Of a stretch of 64,000 bases of DNA, positions 52,301-64,000 are shown piece after piece. The stretch is taken from contig MU058037.1 of the NCBI GenBank assembly GCA_013265495.1, positions 621,498-685,497 on the forward strand. The letters are read 5' to 3'. The stretch comes from Vicugna vicugna. Its lineage: Eukaryota. Both the position numbers and the translations under genes were made by a program. Below the pieces are notes generated by a model. The model had not been told where the DNA came from. It made no database searches and saw nothing but the letters and a program-made list of their open reading frames with translations. Within the stretch, counting starts at the first letter, position 1, and every line of letters starts with the position of its first letter.

Positions 52301-53029
52301 CTGTGCTTGAGGAGATTGGAGGGACTGCAGTTAGAAGGATCAGTATTTAAACTAAAGAAAACTGACTCATAGGTCCGTGTGATAGAGGAGAGCCCAACAT
52401 GGTAATCCTGGCCTGAACACAACCATTCTCTACTTTTCTACACTCATCCTTTCCAGAAGGATTTCTTGGTATATCTCATGTAATGAAGAAGGCTTTGGTA
52501 CAGTACCACCCAATACATTTAGCAAGAGCTATATAGAGGGGCAAAGAAAGGAGAAGAAGTATCTTGGAAAGGAACACGCCTCGGGCAGTGATGAATCCTG
52601 GTAAGGCAGCTTTGCCTGTTGACATTGGCGTGGGTAAAAGGGACTCTTGATCACCCTCAACCCAAATCAGGAGCCACAAGTGTATAGTGAGAATATTTAG
52701 GGCACCACATTCCTAAATCAGCCCCATAGCCAGGACCGCTTCTTGGAAAACCCACTAAAATGAGCTCACCACTTACACATGACCAAACGGATTAGCCCAG
52801 CTGATGCCACAGGTCCTCCAAGGCTACTTTGTTTTCTGAATATAGGCCACAGAGACTTTCCAGTTTTCAGTTAAAAGAAAAAAACTACTCCGAATTTCCT
52901 CCTGCAGGCCTCATTCCGCAGACCAGAAGCCCTGTGTTGAATGAGGTTCCCTGCTAGGCAGGAAACACCCACACGTGGCTCGCTCTTTGGGCCCAGAGTC
53001 TTGACTTACTTTTGAACAATAGTTGTTGG

Positions 53030-53506
53030 GTTTTTGGGGTTTGTTTGTTTTTTTAGGTATACAATGTAATGATTCAGTATTTATATAAATTGTAAAATGA
53101 TCACCACAATAAGTCAGTTAACATCTGTCGTCATACATAGTAATGATCTTTTTCCTTGTGATAAGAACTTTCAAGATTTGCTCTCCTAGCTACTTTCAAA
53201 TTTGAGATACAGTATTATTAATTCTAGTCACCATGTTGTACATTACAACCCCATGGCTTATTCATTTTATAAGTGGAAATTGGTACCTTTTGACTCACTT
53301 TACCCATTTCTCACTTTGCTCCAATCCCACCCCCACCTCTGGAAACCACCAGTCTGTTCTCTGTGTCTGAGTTCAGTTTTATTTTGTTTGTTTGGTTGGT
53401 TGTTTAGATTCTACAAGTAGAATCTAAATCATATGGTATTTATCTTTTTTTCATCTGCCTTATTTAACTTAGCAAGATTTCATCATTTTTATGGCTAAAT
53501 AATATT

Positions 53507-53554
<48 letters not shown>

Positions 53555-55817
53555 GACCACATTTTCTTTATCCACTCATCTGCTGATGGACACTTAGGTT
53601 GTATCCAGGTCTTGGCTATTGTAAATAATGCTTCAGTGAACATGAGAATGCATATACCTTTTCAAATAGTGTTTTCATTTTCTTCAAATAAATAAACGCA
53701 AGTAGAATTGGTGGATTGTATGGCAGTTCTATTTTTAACTTTTTGAAAACCCTCCATACTGGTTTTCATAGTGGATGCATCAATTTACATCACCACCAAC
53801 AGTGCACAAGAGTTCCCTTTTATCCAGACCCCTACCAAGGCTTGTTATTTCTTGTCTTTTTAATAATAGTCATTTTAACAGGTGTGTGGTGATACTTTAG
53901 TGTGGTTTTGATTTTCATTTCCCTGACAATTAGTGATGTCAAGCATCTTTTTGTGTACCTGTTGGATTCTGTATGTCTTCTGTGGAAAAATGTCTATTCA
54001 TATCCTTTGCCCATTTTCAAATCAGTTTGTAGGGTTTTTTTTTTCAAGTTGTATGAGTTCTTTATATATTTTGAATATTAACCACATATCCAAATCTAGG
54101 GTTTGCAAATATTTTCTCCCATTCTGTAGGTTGCTTTCTCATTTTGTTGATGGTTTCCTTTGCTGTGCAGAAACTTTTCAGTTTTATGTCATCCCACCTG
54201 TTTATTTTTGCTTTTCCCACCTTTGCTTTTGGTGTCAGATCCAAAAAAAAAAAAAATCATGTCCAAGACCAATGAGAAGGAGCTTACTGCCTATATTTAC
54301 TCCTAGTTTTATGGTATCAGATAATACATTCAAGTCTTTAACCCATTTTGAGTTAATTTTTCTGTACAGTGTAAGATAGTGGTCATTTCATTTTTTGTAT
54401 ACAGCTGTCCGGTTGTCCCAGCACCATTTATTGAAGAGATTGTCCTTTGCCCATCATGTATTATTGGCTCCTTTGTCATAAGTTAGTTGACAATATATGT
54501 GTGGGTTTATTTCTGGGCTCTATATTCTGTTCCACTGATCTATGTGTCTATTTTTATGCCAGTACCATACTGTTTTGATTACTATATTTTTGTTATATAG
54601 TTTGAAGTTAGGGAGCATGATGCTTCCACCTTTGTTTTTCTTTCTTAAGATTTCTTTGGCTACCCAAGGTCTTTTGTGATTCTGTACAAATTTACAGATT
54701 GTTCTGTTTCTGAGAAAAGTGCCATTGAAATTTTGATCAGGATTGCAATAAACCCATAGATTACTGTGACTATTATGGACATTTTAACAATACTAATTCT
54801 TTGAATCCATGAGCACAAAATATCTTTCTATTTATTTGTGTATTTGATGTTTTTCATTAATGCCATACAGTTTTCAGTGTTCAGTGCCTTGGTTAAATTT
54901 ATTCTTAGACATTTTATTTTTGTTGCAGTTGTAAATGGGATTATTGTCTTAATTTCTCTTTCTGATAGTTCATTATTAGTGTATAGAAACCAACAGATAT
55001 CTACATATTGATTTTGTATCCTGAAACTTTACTGAATTTATTTATTAGTTCTAACAGGGTTTTTTGGTGGCGTCTTTAGAGTTTTCTATACGCAATATCA
55101 TGTCGTCTTCCAGTAGTGACAGTTTCACTTCTCCTTTCCAATTTGGATGCCTTTTTTTCCCTTTGCCTAATTGCTCTGGCTAGGACTTGCATTATTATGT
55201 TAAATAAAAGTGGTGATATTCTCTGGTTGGGACTTCCAGTACTATGTTGGATAAAGGTGATAAGAGAAGAGTGGCATCCTTGCCTTGTTCCTGATCTTAG
55301 AGGAAATTCTTTCAGCTTTTCACTGTTGAGTATGATGTTAGCTGTTGGCTTGTCATATATGGTCTTCATTCAGTCAAGGTACGTTCCCTCTCTACCCACT
55401 TTGTTGGGAGTTTTTATCATAAATCGATGTTGCATTTTGTAACATGCTTTTTCTACATCTGTTGAGATGATCATATGATTTTTATCCTTTGTCTTGTTAC
55501 TGTGGTTTACCACATTAATTGATTGGCAGATGTTGAACTATCATTGCATCCCTGGAATAACTCCCACTTGATCTTGGTGTATGATTCTTTTGCTGTAATG
55601 TTGAATTTGGTTTGCTAATATTTTGTTGAGGATTTTTGCATCTGTGTTCATTAGAAATATTGGCCTGTACTTTTCTTGTGGCATCCTTGTCTGATTTTGG
55701 TATCAGGGTAATGCTGGCCTTATAAAAATGAGTTCAAAAATATTCCCTCCTCATCTATTTTTTTGTAACAGTTTGAGAAGGACTGGTATTAATTCTTCCT
55801 TGAATGTTTGATAGAAT
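53030..55817 (-). mobile_element. L1MA9-like LINE, 2.8-kb 3' portion including decayed RT
   Basis: ORF 55076-55369 ([29 protein letters not shown]) is the L1 RT region; ORF 54062-54244 ([36 protein letters not shown]) is ORF2. T-rich tail at about 53030. Confidence 0.95.
53509..53550. repeat. (TG)21 microsatellite within the L1
   Basis: Perfect run. Confidence 0.95.
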
Positions 55818-55829
55818 GATTGGGATTTT

Positions 55830-56030
55830 TTGTCACTCCTGTACTATTATCTACTTAATATATTTTAACAGATACTTTTTAATATATAGCCTCATCCTAA
55901 GAAATAACATCTATTGCCACAGGTTTGACACACTGGTTATATTTTTCTACTATCCCTTAAAATAAATACCCAACAATCAAAAATGTTTGTCTGTGCCCTA
56001 CCTGGAATCATCACACATTGGGAAACAGAA
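55830..56030. mobile_element. hAT-Charlie (Charlie4-like) fragment
   Basis: TAGCCTCATCCTAAGAAATAA...ACCTGGAATCATC...TTGGGAAACA terminus. Confidence 0.5.
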
Positions 56031-56235
56031 AAGTATGGCACAAGTTGTGAATTAGGGTATTTTCAAATGGAAAACTGATACCTGCCTTTATTCCGTACCA
56101 CTTTTTGGTTCACTTCATCTTTCCCTATTTTCCAGTTCACAAAGATATAAACCTAATAAGGGGAAACTGTGTAGAATATCTGTATATATGGGACCATGCT
56201 AATCCCTCATTTATGATAAATTTCTAATTGTTGAC

Positions 56236-56649
56236 TGTGGTGGTTAATTTCATGTGTCAACTTGGCTAAGCCACAGTGCTCAGATATGAGGTCAAACATT
56301 TGGATGTTTCTGTGCAGGTAGTTTTGATGATATTAACATTTAAAACATTGGACTTTGAGTAAAGCAAATTGCTCTCCTTAGTGTGGGTGGGCCTCATCCA
56401 ATCAGGTGAAGGCATGAATAGAAGAAAAGACTGCGCTCCCCCAAGCAATAGAAAATTTTGCAGCAGACAGAGCCTTCTGACTTAAACTGAAACAGTGGCT
56501 GTTCCTGCATATCCAGCCTGTTACCTCTGCCATCAGATTGTGAACTTGCCAAACTTCCACAATTACATGAGCTAATTCCTTTAAAAAAAGAAATCACACA
56601 CATGCATATCCTATTGGTTCTGTTTCTCTGGAGAACCCTAACTAATGCA
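56236..56649 (+). mobile_element. MLT2-family ERVL solo LTR
   Basis: TGTGGTGGTTAATTTCATGTGTCAACTTGGCT...CCTATTGGTTCTGTTTCTCTGGAGAACCCTAACTAATGCA, flanked by GTTGAC on both sides. Confidence 0.9.
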
Positions 56650-57067
56650 GTTGACTTGTGCTTTGGATGAAATCAAAAAGCACATAAGATAAAATGCAGC
56701 CCCTGTCCTCTTTCCCTCACAATGACAGGCCTAATTATTATGGTGAGAAGAGACTAAATTGAGAAACATAGTAAAATGCTGCAACTGAAGGCATTTTCCT
56801 ATGGGTTATATGAGTTTGATCTGGAAATGGATCCCTTTGAATCAGAAAAATTCAGGATGAGGCAGGTTGCATGACATAAGTAAAACTTGCTAGGATTCTC
56901 TAAACCATGCTTGTCTTTAAATATTCGACATTACTTTAGGACTACAAAATGCATGGCTGCTGCAAAAGGAGCACCAGGTCACGAAATAGTAAAAGGAAAA
57001 CTCTGGAAGGCATTGAATTCTACAAAGTTCTGGTTTTTATTCTCTGATTAGGAAAAATGCAGATCTG

Positions 57068-57094
57068 ACACACACACACACACACACACTCACA

Positions 57095-57135
<41 letters not shown>
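57068..57135. repeat. Interrupted (CA)n microsatellite
   Basis: Direct reading. Confidence 0.95.
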
Positions 57136-57137
<2 letters not shown>

Positions 57138-57499
57138 ACACACAAGAATGCCAGAGTTCCACTCGGATCCACAGATGTTAGGAGAGTGGCTATAATACCA
57201 GACAGATGTCTCAGTTACCTCATTCAACCCAGGCCCCAGAGTAGATGGGCTTGTGCAGTCTCTAATGGGATGAGCAGAAACACCTCCCTTGAAGGGCACA
57301 GTGAGTCCCAGCTTTAAACACCGTGGCATAGCTGTGGACTCCCCACAGAAAAAGGCAGCCAACAAATCTACCCTGCAAAGAGTAATTAGGGTTTCTGAGA
57401 CACAGAGCTCAAAGCTGCCTCTTAGTCAGAGAGAGCTAAGCACAAACAGCACCAAATACGATAACTCCCTTGCACAAAAGCAAAGCAAAAGCATTCTTT

Positions 57500-57705
57500 T
57501 CATGTGGCGGGGTGGGGCTTCCAGGCCCGCACTGGCCTTTCACCATCCTGATCAGAAACACGAGTTGCTGATGTAAAGGTCAGCCTCGTGCCGAGCTTGT
57601 TTCTACCCTGGTGAGGAGAGTTTTCCCCGACTGAAGGCATCTAATTGGTTGCTGATGAGTCACAGATGCTGAAGTACACAGGGAGATGCATCTGATTGGC
57701 TGTCA
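57500..57705. promoter_or_regulatory. Putative promoter/enhancer motif cluster
   Basis: GC box GGCGGGGTGGGGC at 57506-57518, AP-1 TGAGTCA at 57656-57662, two inverted CCAAT boxes (57644-57648, 57695-57699) and several retained CpGs. Confidence 0.4.
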
Positions 57706-58829
57706 CCCTGTTTCAGCATTCTCAGCCACCAGGTCTGTGATAAATGGTACAGAAGGAGCAAAAGCTCTCATTTGGATCAATTCATATGAAGAGAAGGGGT
57801 GAGGGGAGGTGCCTTCTCCCACATACCTAACCTAATAGCTATTCCTGCTGTTTCATTTCCTCCCTGCTTGTTAGAGGATGCCTTTTAAAAAGTAGTTCAG
57901 TAGGTAGGAAACTTTTGAATGCTACGTTAAGTGTCAACAGTTTTTATTGTTTTTTTCCCTTCTGCTTGCATCAGTGAGGTGAGGGTTACAAGCAGCAGGA
58001 CAAATCCAGAAACAGTCGTGATGAAAAGCTCAAGGAGTACTCTTGCCAACAGAAAGGCTAGGGGGTAGGAGATAGAGCCACGGGGACTCAATTCTAATCT
58101 TAGCCTGGTTTTGACTCTTGTCTCAGAAACCTGCAGGAGTCATCTACAAGATAGATATCCTTTCTCTTTCTCTCTAATCTCAGTGCTATTTATTTTGACA
58201 GGTACTTGAAAATTGGGCTTCAGACCACACAGTGGAGTCTCTCACACATATACTGCATCCCAAATGTTTAATTGCTAGATTTAAAAAAAGATAATTAGCA
58301 TGTGTATAGGGTTTTACGTGCAACATTTATTTTGTATTTATGACGACAGTGCCAGTACATGCTATTATCCCTCTTTATAAGATGAAGAGACTGAAAATCA
58401 GAATGTTAAGTAATGTGCATAAAGTTTTTGAGAAAATGGGGGAGCCACGGGGGACCCCAGAACCTGTCTACTGACGCTGGCAACACAAGGAAGTGATAAC
58501 CCCCATGGTCAGAGATTTCAGCACTTTGAATCCTCACTTACGCATCATTGAATCTGGACTTGCTTATCAAACACTTACTGAGCTTTCTGCATGTTGGGCC
58601 TTTTAGAGCTATGAAGATAATTCACATGGGGATTTTGGCCTCAAGATGCTTACAGTCCAGTGAGGAAATGGGCCAATATCATGTGGTAGGATAAAGACCA
58701 GGGTGTGCCCATAGTAGCATAGAAGCCCAGAGGGGAGCAGCTCATCAACTGTGGAGTTCAAGGTTTTCCAACCATTTAACCTTTGTGGTTCCCAGCTTCA
58801 CCGTCTTCATTTGACATGTTTTGCCCAGG

Positions 58830-59220
58830 CAGAGATCCTTAACATAGTGTCCATGGATAGTGATCAGAGATACTTTGAATCATCTGAAAATGTCTATAAA
58901 TCTGGTATTTATATGTCCATTTTTAGACAAGAAAGGACCAGGTTCTTTTTTTTTAAGTCAATCTTTTTTTTAAAAAAAATTTCAATTCTTTTTTTGAGCT
59001 TTTTTTTTTTACAATTTCACATTTTTATTTTTATTTACTTTTTATTCTTTTGGGGGGGAGATAATTAGATATTTATTTATGTATTTTAATGGAAGTACTG
59101 AGGAGTAAACCCAGGACCTTGTGCATGCAAGGCACACACTCACTGAGCTATACCCTCCACCCTACAGAGAGGACCAGCTTCTGAAAGTGTTCTTTGACCC
59201 ACAAAAAGCTAAAATCTCTG
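58830..59220 (+). mobile_element. MER103C-like hAT MITE split by a SINE
   Basis: CAGAGATCCTTAAC..GTCCATGGATA (left part) and TGACCCACAAAAAGCTAAAATCTCTG (right part). Confidence 0.65.
58947..59165 (-). mobile_element. tRNA-Ala-derived SINE, Vic-1-like (camelid)
   Basis: Minus strand reads GGAGGGTATAGCTCAGTG...GCATGCACAAGGTCCTGGGTTTACTCCTCAGTACTTCCATTAAAA...CTAATTATCTCCCCC plus an A-rich tail. TSD AGA(A/G)AGGACCAG(G/C)TTCT at 58930-58946 and 59166-59182. Confidence 0.85.
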
Positions 59221-59505
59221 ATGAAGCCTCTTTAATCTCTAAGAGTTCTTCCACCTCTGACAATCTAGCTATTTCAGTAAGTATCAAGAGAGAGAAATGA
59301 AACAATAAAATATTAAGAACACTTTCTAAAAAATATAACTTATACAAAAGTGGTGCGTAGTTGCAGTAACAATTGTTAACTGTCTAGATGTCCTTTCAGA
59401 AGCCTTCAAATCAAAGACCTCATGGCTCCTGAGAGATCATAAAATCCAAAGAATTTCTAATACAGACAGGCTGTGCCATTGAGAAGTTTTGCTCCAGAAT
59501 TACCA

Positions 59506-59553
59506 AAAAAAGAAAAGAAAAGAAAAGGAAGGAAGGAAAAAGAAAGAAAGAAA
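59506..59553. repeat. GA-rich (AAAAG/GGAA/GAAA) repeat
   Basis: Direct reading. Confidence 0.85.
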
Positions 59554-61149
59554 CCTGAAGGTCATATGTGAGATTTTAGAATCACTTTCTTTTCTGCAAA
59601 AGATATTAAAAGCTTTTTCTTTACTTTGGAGAAGATAGTTAACCATATGGAACTATTAGGGGCCAGTAAACCATTGAATCCAGATGAATTACCTCCGTGA
59701 AAATTAAAGAATGCATTGCGGGAGGTTAAAGAGCAGCTGACTGAGAATCCTTTTATAACTTTTAATCCCAGCCAGTCCTGTTCTCCTTCCAGCAGTCATC
59801 CAGGTCTCACAGCTGGAGCCTCCTAACCCTGACCTACAGGCTCAGCCAAGCCTGGACACTTGGAGGTAGAAAGCGAAATGTTCTCAAGTCGGGGACAAAT
59901 TAAGGATCCCAGATCATGAGTTTGGAAGCTCCATGTTTTTTGACTTCTATGTCCAACTCTGACCTTGGATCAAACTTTGAGAATCTTGACTTCAGAATGT
60001 TCTTTAGTTAATAATTGCTGGTTCTGTCATTTGATGTATGGGGCTCTGCTTTGGTTCCTGCTGGTTTTCCTAGCAGGATTCTCAAGTCCTTTGTTGACTT
60101 ACTCCCTTCCTACAGACTGTGATCTGTAAGAGAGGCACATGCTACTGTTGTTCCATCTGCATTCACTGCTGTAAGACCGCAGGCTGACAAACAGCCTTCT
60201 TAAACCAGTGCCCATTCCCTTCTTCCTCACTTTAACCCCAGGCTCCTCTAACCTCAGAACCCAAATGCTCTTGGCTATACCCTGACTGTTTTATTTAGTA
60301 CATGGCCTTGGTTATTCCCTGTGCAGCCCTTCCCTGGGCTGCCTGACCTCCCTTTCTGCCCTACAGGAGGTCAGATGTGTGGGCTGTAAAACTGGGATCA
60401 CAGTACAATACCAAACCATGCGTGATAGAACAATGTGAGAAAGGACTAGAATGTATCATATTAATGAAAGGACAACAGCAAATTCAGGAAGTTTAGTGAT
60501 CAGAAGATCTATCTTGAACCATAAAGAGATGTGAAAGAGTGTTCAGGGAAAGGATTATACAGCATTAGAAATGCACGATGGTTAACAAATCATTACTGAT
60601 TTATAAAAACGAAGTCCCAACTTGATAAGCATGTGTTATTTTAATAAGTACAATGCAAGAAGCAAGATAAAAGCAAATTAACGGACCTCATTTATTTCCC
60701 CTAAAAGCTTAATGCCATTCCCCCCAAAAGATTAATATGTGATAACAATCATGTACACATTCATATGGCATTAAATAAATGGTTTGAGAGCAATTATAGG
60801 GTTGAAAACCAAGAATGATGGACAAAAATCACTGTCAGATGATGCAAGCTGAGGAAATGCAAGCTGAAAAAATATTTTTTGTTGACGACTATTCATCTGT
60901 TGGCTGGACAATGACATAACATGTAACCTTCCAAGTAGCTAAATATTTATGGCTGGTGGAGGGAGGGGAGAGGTGGCTTGTGCCTAGAAGTTTGGTAAGA
61001 GCACCATTTGAAAGTTGGCCCCTCTATTTCATCTCTTTAGAATGAAAAGTAGAAGATAGCCTGGGCCATTTGCAAAGGTATGCTTTACTGGGATCCTTGA
61101 GGAGGGATGGATTTACCTATGAAGAATTAATAGCATTCATGAAAGAAAG

Positions 61150-61306
61150 GGCACATGAGACAGTGTTGAATATTCAGAATATTCAGGTTCTGGTTCCAAG
61201 TCAGCTATTGACCAGCTATGTTGAGCTACCTCAGGCCTCAGTTTCTCCATCTTTAGAAGGAAGTGCTTGGTCACTGTACTCTGTAAAAGCCTCCTCCCAC
61301 CTCTGA
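61150..61306 (+). mobile_element. MIR SINE
   Basis: GGTTCTGGTTCCAAG...ACCAGCTATG...GCCTCAGTTTCTCCATCT. Confidence 0.7.
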
Positions 61307-61880
61307 AAGCTTATCGTTAAGGATTTCTGTGACATGCATGTGAATCCTCTTTGGTGATTGGTCCTCATCCTGGGGTTGCTCCTGCCCCCAACATCAGGAC
61401 AAAATTGAAATATTTATTTTCTTATCTTTCCTCTTCTCAGTTCTGCACCCATTTCCTCCATGTTAGTAACTGCACCCCCACTTGGGCACTGCAATGCAGT
61501 GTGTCTCCTGGGAGAATAATGCACATGGAGGAACTGCTGGATAAATGAGGCACCCTTCCCATGTGCAGATTTTTCCAAAGATCAAGAGGAAAGGTGGTGC
61601 ATAACACCAAGAAGTAAGTAGTCAGTGCAAGGAATTCAGGCATCAGAGACAGAGGATTGGGAGATATTTTTGATAGGGAAACTTCTAGAAAAACAGTCCA
61701 CTACCATATATCCCTTTGCCCCATATATGTATATATACATATATAAGTATTATTTACATACTCATAATAATGTAAACAGCAATCATACATGATTACATAT
61801 AATACATATATGATGATGTAAATATTGGTCAGAGCTGAACCAGTGGAGGACACTTTGATTCAGACTCTGAGACAGAAAGT

Positions 61881-61882
<2 letters not shown>

Positions 61883-61923
<41 letters not shown>

Positions 61924-61929
61924 GTGTGT
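61883..61929. repeat. Compound (TA)n(TG)n microsatellite
   Basis: Direct reading. Confidence 0.9.
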
Positions 61930-62082
61930 TATATAAAATATGTATATCATTGTGTGTGTATATAAAACAGTGACAGAACTGGAGAAAGCAGAGGGCTGTA
62001 AGAGAACTGAAGCTTCATCTACCATGTAAAAAAAATCAGTAGATGAAGTCTAAATTTCATCTATTGAATAATACATTTCAGT

Positions 62083-62610
62083 ATTCATGAATTAATTTAA
62101 CAGAGATTTATTAAGTACCTATTATATACTTGGCACTCTTCCAGGCACCAGGGCTACCAGTGAATGACACAGACAAAAATCCCTACCCTCATGAAACTTA
62201 ACACAACACGGGTATAGTAAAGAGGTTAATCAAGAGAAATAAATAAAATACAGCATGTATTAGGCAGTGATAAGTGCAGGAAATAAATATATGAAGCATT
62301 GCTTTAGTAAGTGCTGGTTGCAAATTTAGCTAGAAAAGAAAGTCTTCATTTAAATAGTGAATTTTAAGGGAAGACCTCAAGGAAGTAAGGTAGTGAGTCC
62401 TGCATGTAGTACTGGGGAGAGCAATCATTCCAGGCACAGGGACAGTTAGTGCACAGGTTCTTAGGTGAGAGCGCCTTGTGTGTTCAGGAAATCAGCTGTC
62501 CTGGTATGTTTGATGAACCCTGTGCCTCCTGTGTTTGAGGTACTGCAGGGAAGCCACTTTACTGCAGAAGAATGAATAAAGGGGAGAAATAGGTATTGAG
62601 GTCAGAGAAT
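62083..62610 (-). mobile_element. L2a-like 3' region, flanked by HAL1-like pieces
   Basis: ATTTATTAAGTACCTA...GGCAC...ACAGACAAAAATCCCTACCCTCATGAAACTTA...ATTCCAGGCACAGGGACAG. Confidence 0.85.
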
Positions 62611-63159
62611 TAAAGAGCTTTGTGTGATGTAGAAATATTAAGGTAAATACCAAAAGAAACCACCGCTAGGAGTTGAATGTGGTTGGATCTAGGGAACAAA
62701 ATAGATGGGACAGGGAGAGTTTTGTTGTTATAATCCTTCCAGCCCTAGAATTATGTGCTTAAATGTCTTTGATTAAAAATAGAAGTGATTTGTCATCACA
62801 AAGTGTATTGAATTATGTGCAGACCACAGTGTAGCAAAAAATGTGCTATAGGAGTTTAAGCTACAAATGATCTCCAGTCCTGGGGCTTGTGGGAATTCTT
62901 CTCAGATCATATAGAACTTTCACTTGGCCTTGAAGTGTGGCTGTCATCTGGTTAGATAGAAAGGAAATTAAGAACGTCGCCATGGGACTCCAAAGGACCT
63001 ACAACATCATGTAGCCCAGCTTCATCAGCTACCTGGCTGTGAAGACAGAGAGATTTTGAAGGGAATAAAAGAGCCTGCAAGATCTCCCAGCCGGCGATAG
63101 CAATCTCTGTCCACAGCTGGGACAGCATTCTCTATCCTCTCTTCCTTCCCAATAAAATC

Positions 63160-64000
63160 CTCTATCACATTGTCCACAAAGGCTTGTTTCAAACCTTCTC
63201 TACTCTTCTCAGATTTTTAACCTCATCACCTGCTCCTCTCATCCTCTGCAGCTGATCTAGTCCCTTACTTCACAGAAAACGTAGACATCAGGCAGGAATT
63301 ACCTTATCTTCTGGCCATTGAGCCTTTGTTTCCTCTAGTCTTTTCCTCCTTCTAGCCTTTTGCAATGTAAGATGTGTCTGTCCCACATGGTTAAGAGTTC
63401 TGATACCCTCCTTCCCTGTGAGGCTTCTAGGAAATTACTTCAGTGGCTGCTCTTCCTCAATTTTCTTTATGGACCACTCTTCTTTAGTATATGTCTAATT
63501 GTTGATCTTTTCAGGGCTATACCTGGGCCTCTTCTTTTGTTCTCTTCATATTTCCCATGGGCAAGTTCTCCCCTAAACACACTTTTATCATTTCATGCTG
63601 ATAACTCTTAAGCCTTTAGCTCCAATTCTTACTACCTTCAGATTTCTGTGAGCCACCAGACATCTGTATTCAGATGATCCACAGGCACATCGAATGAGTC
63701 TCATGAAATTATCATCAACTCTCTTCGAACCTACTTCTCTTCCTTTGCCCCCTATTCCAGTGAATGACACTACTGTCTATCTGATGGCCTAAGTCAGAAA
63801 CGTGGAAATCTGAGATTTTTGTCCTAACTCTTCCATCCAACCAGCAAGCTCAGTCTGTTCCACTTCCCAAACACCTCTTACTGCCACCACCACTCCCATT
63901 GCCATTAAACTACCTCAGACTTCATCTCATCTCACCTGGACCACAGTTGCCACCTCCTAACTGATTTCTCAACCTTGTTTTTTGACCTTCTCTTTATGGG
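63160..64000 (+). mobile_element. L2 ORF2 remnant running off the window end
   Basis: ATGCTGATAACTCT (RT YADD-like), CCACAGGCACATC, TCATCTCACCTGGAC, CCTCCTAACTG. Confidence 0.75.

Noticed and set aside
53933..55442. ORFs with reverse-transcriptase similarity
   Set aside because: Frameshifted fragments of an ordinary dead L1, not a functional gene or retron-like system.
59090..59162. tRNA-Ala gene
   Set aside because: It is a SINE head with a degenerate B box and D arm, an A-rich tail and a TSD.
1..64000. A novel multi-gene system (defence island, CRISPR, operon)
   Set aside because: This is repeat-dense mammalian non-coding DNA. No ORF exceeds 160 aa, none has a recognisable non-TE domain, and there is no regularly spaced repeat-spacer array.

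Overview
This is AT-rich, CpG-depleted mammalian non-coding DNA (intergenic or deep intron), not a prokaryotic accessory region. A tRNA-Ala-derived SINE resembling camelid Vic-1 (58947-59165) suggests a camel/llama/alpaca source. Much of the window is decayed interspersed repeat: L1M/HAL1, L2, MIR, ERVL/MaLR LTRs and hAT/TcMar MITEs. I recognise no protein-coding gene, RNA gene, CRISPR array or multi-gene system. The listed ORFs are chance frames or LINE/ERV remnants. The most unusual object is a 611-bp insertion (45119-45729) with a perfect 15-bp TSD that looks like an L1 stripped of almost all coding sequence. Other observations are several perfect short hairpins and templated duplications suggestive of template switching, a few unassigned exon-like segments and two promoter/enhancer-like patches. 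Repeat subfamily names come from my recall of consensus sequences, not from a search, and most boundaries are approximate.
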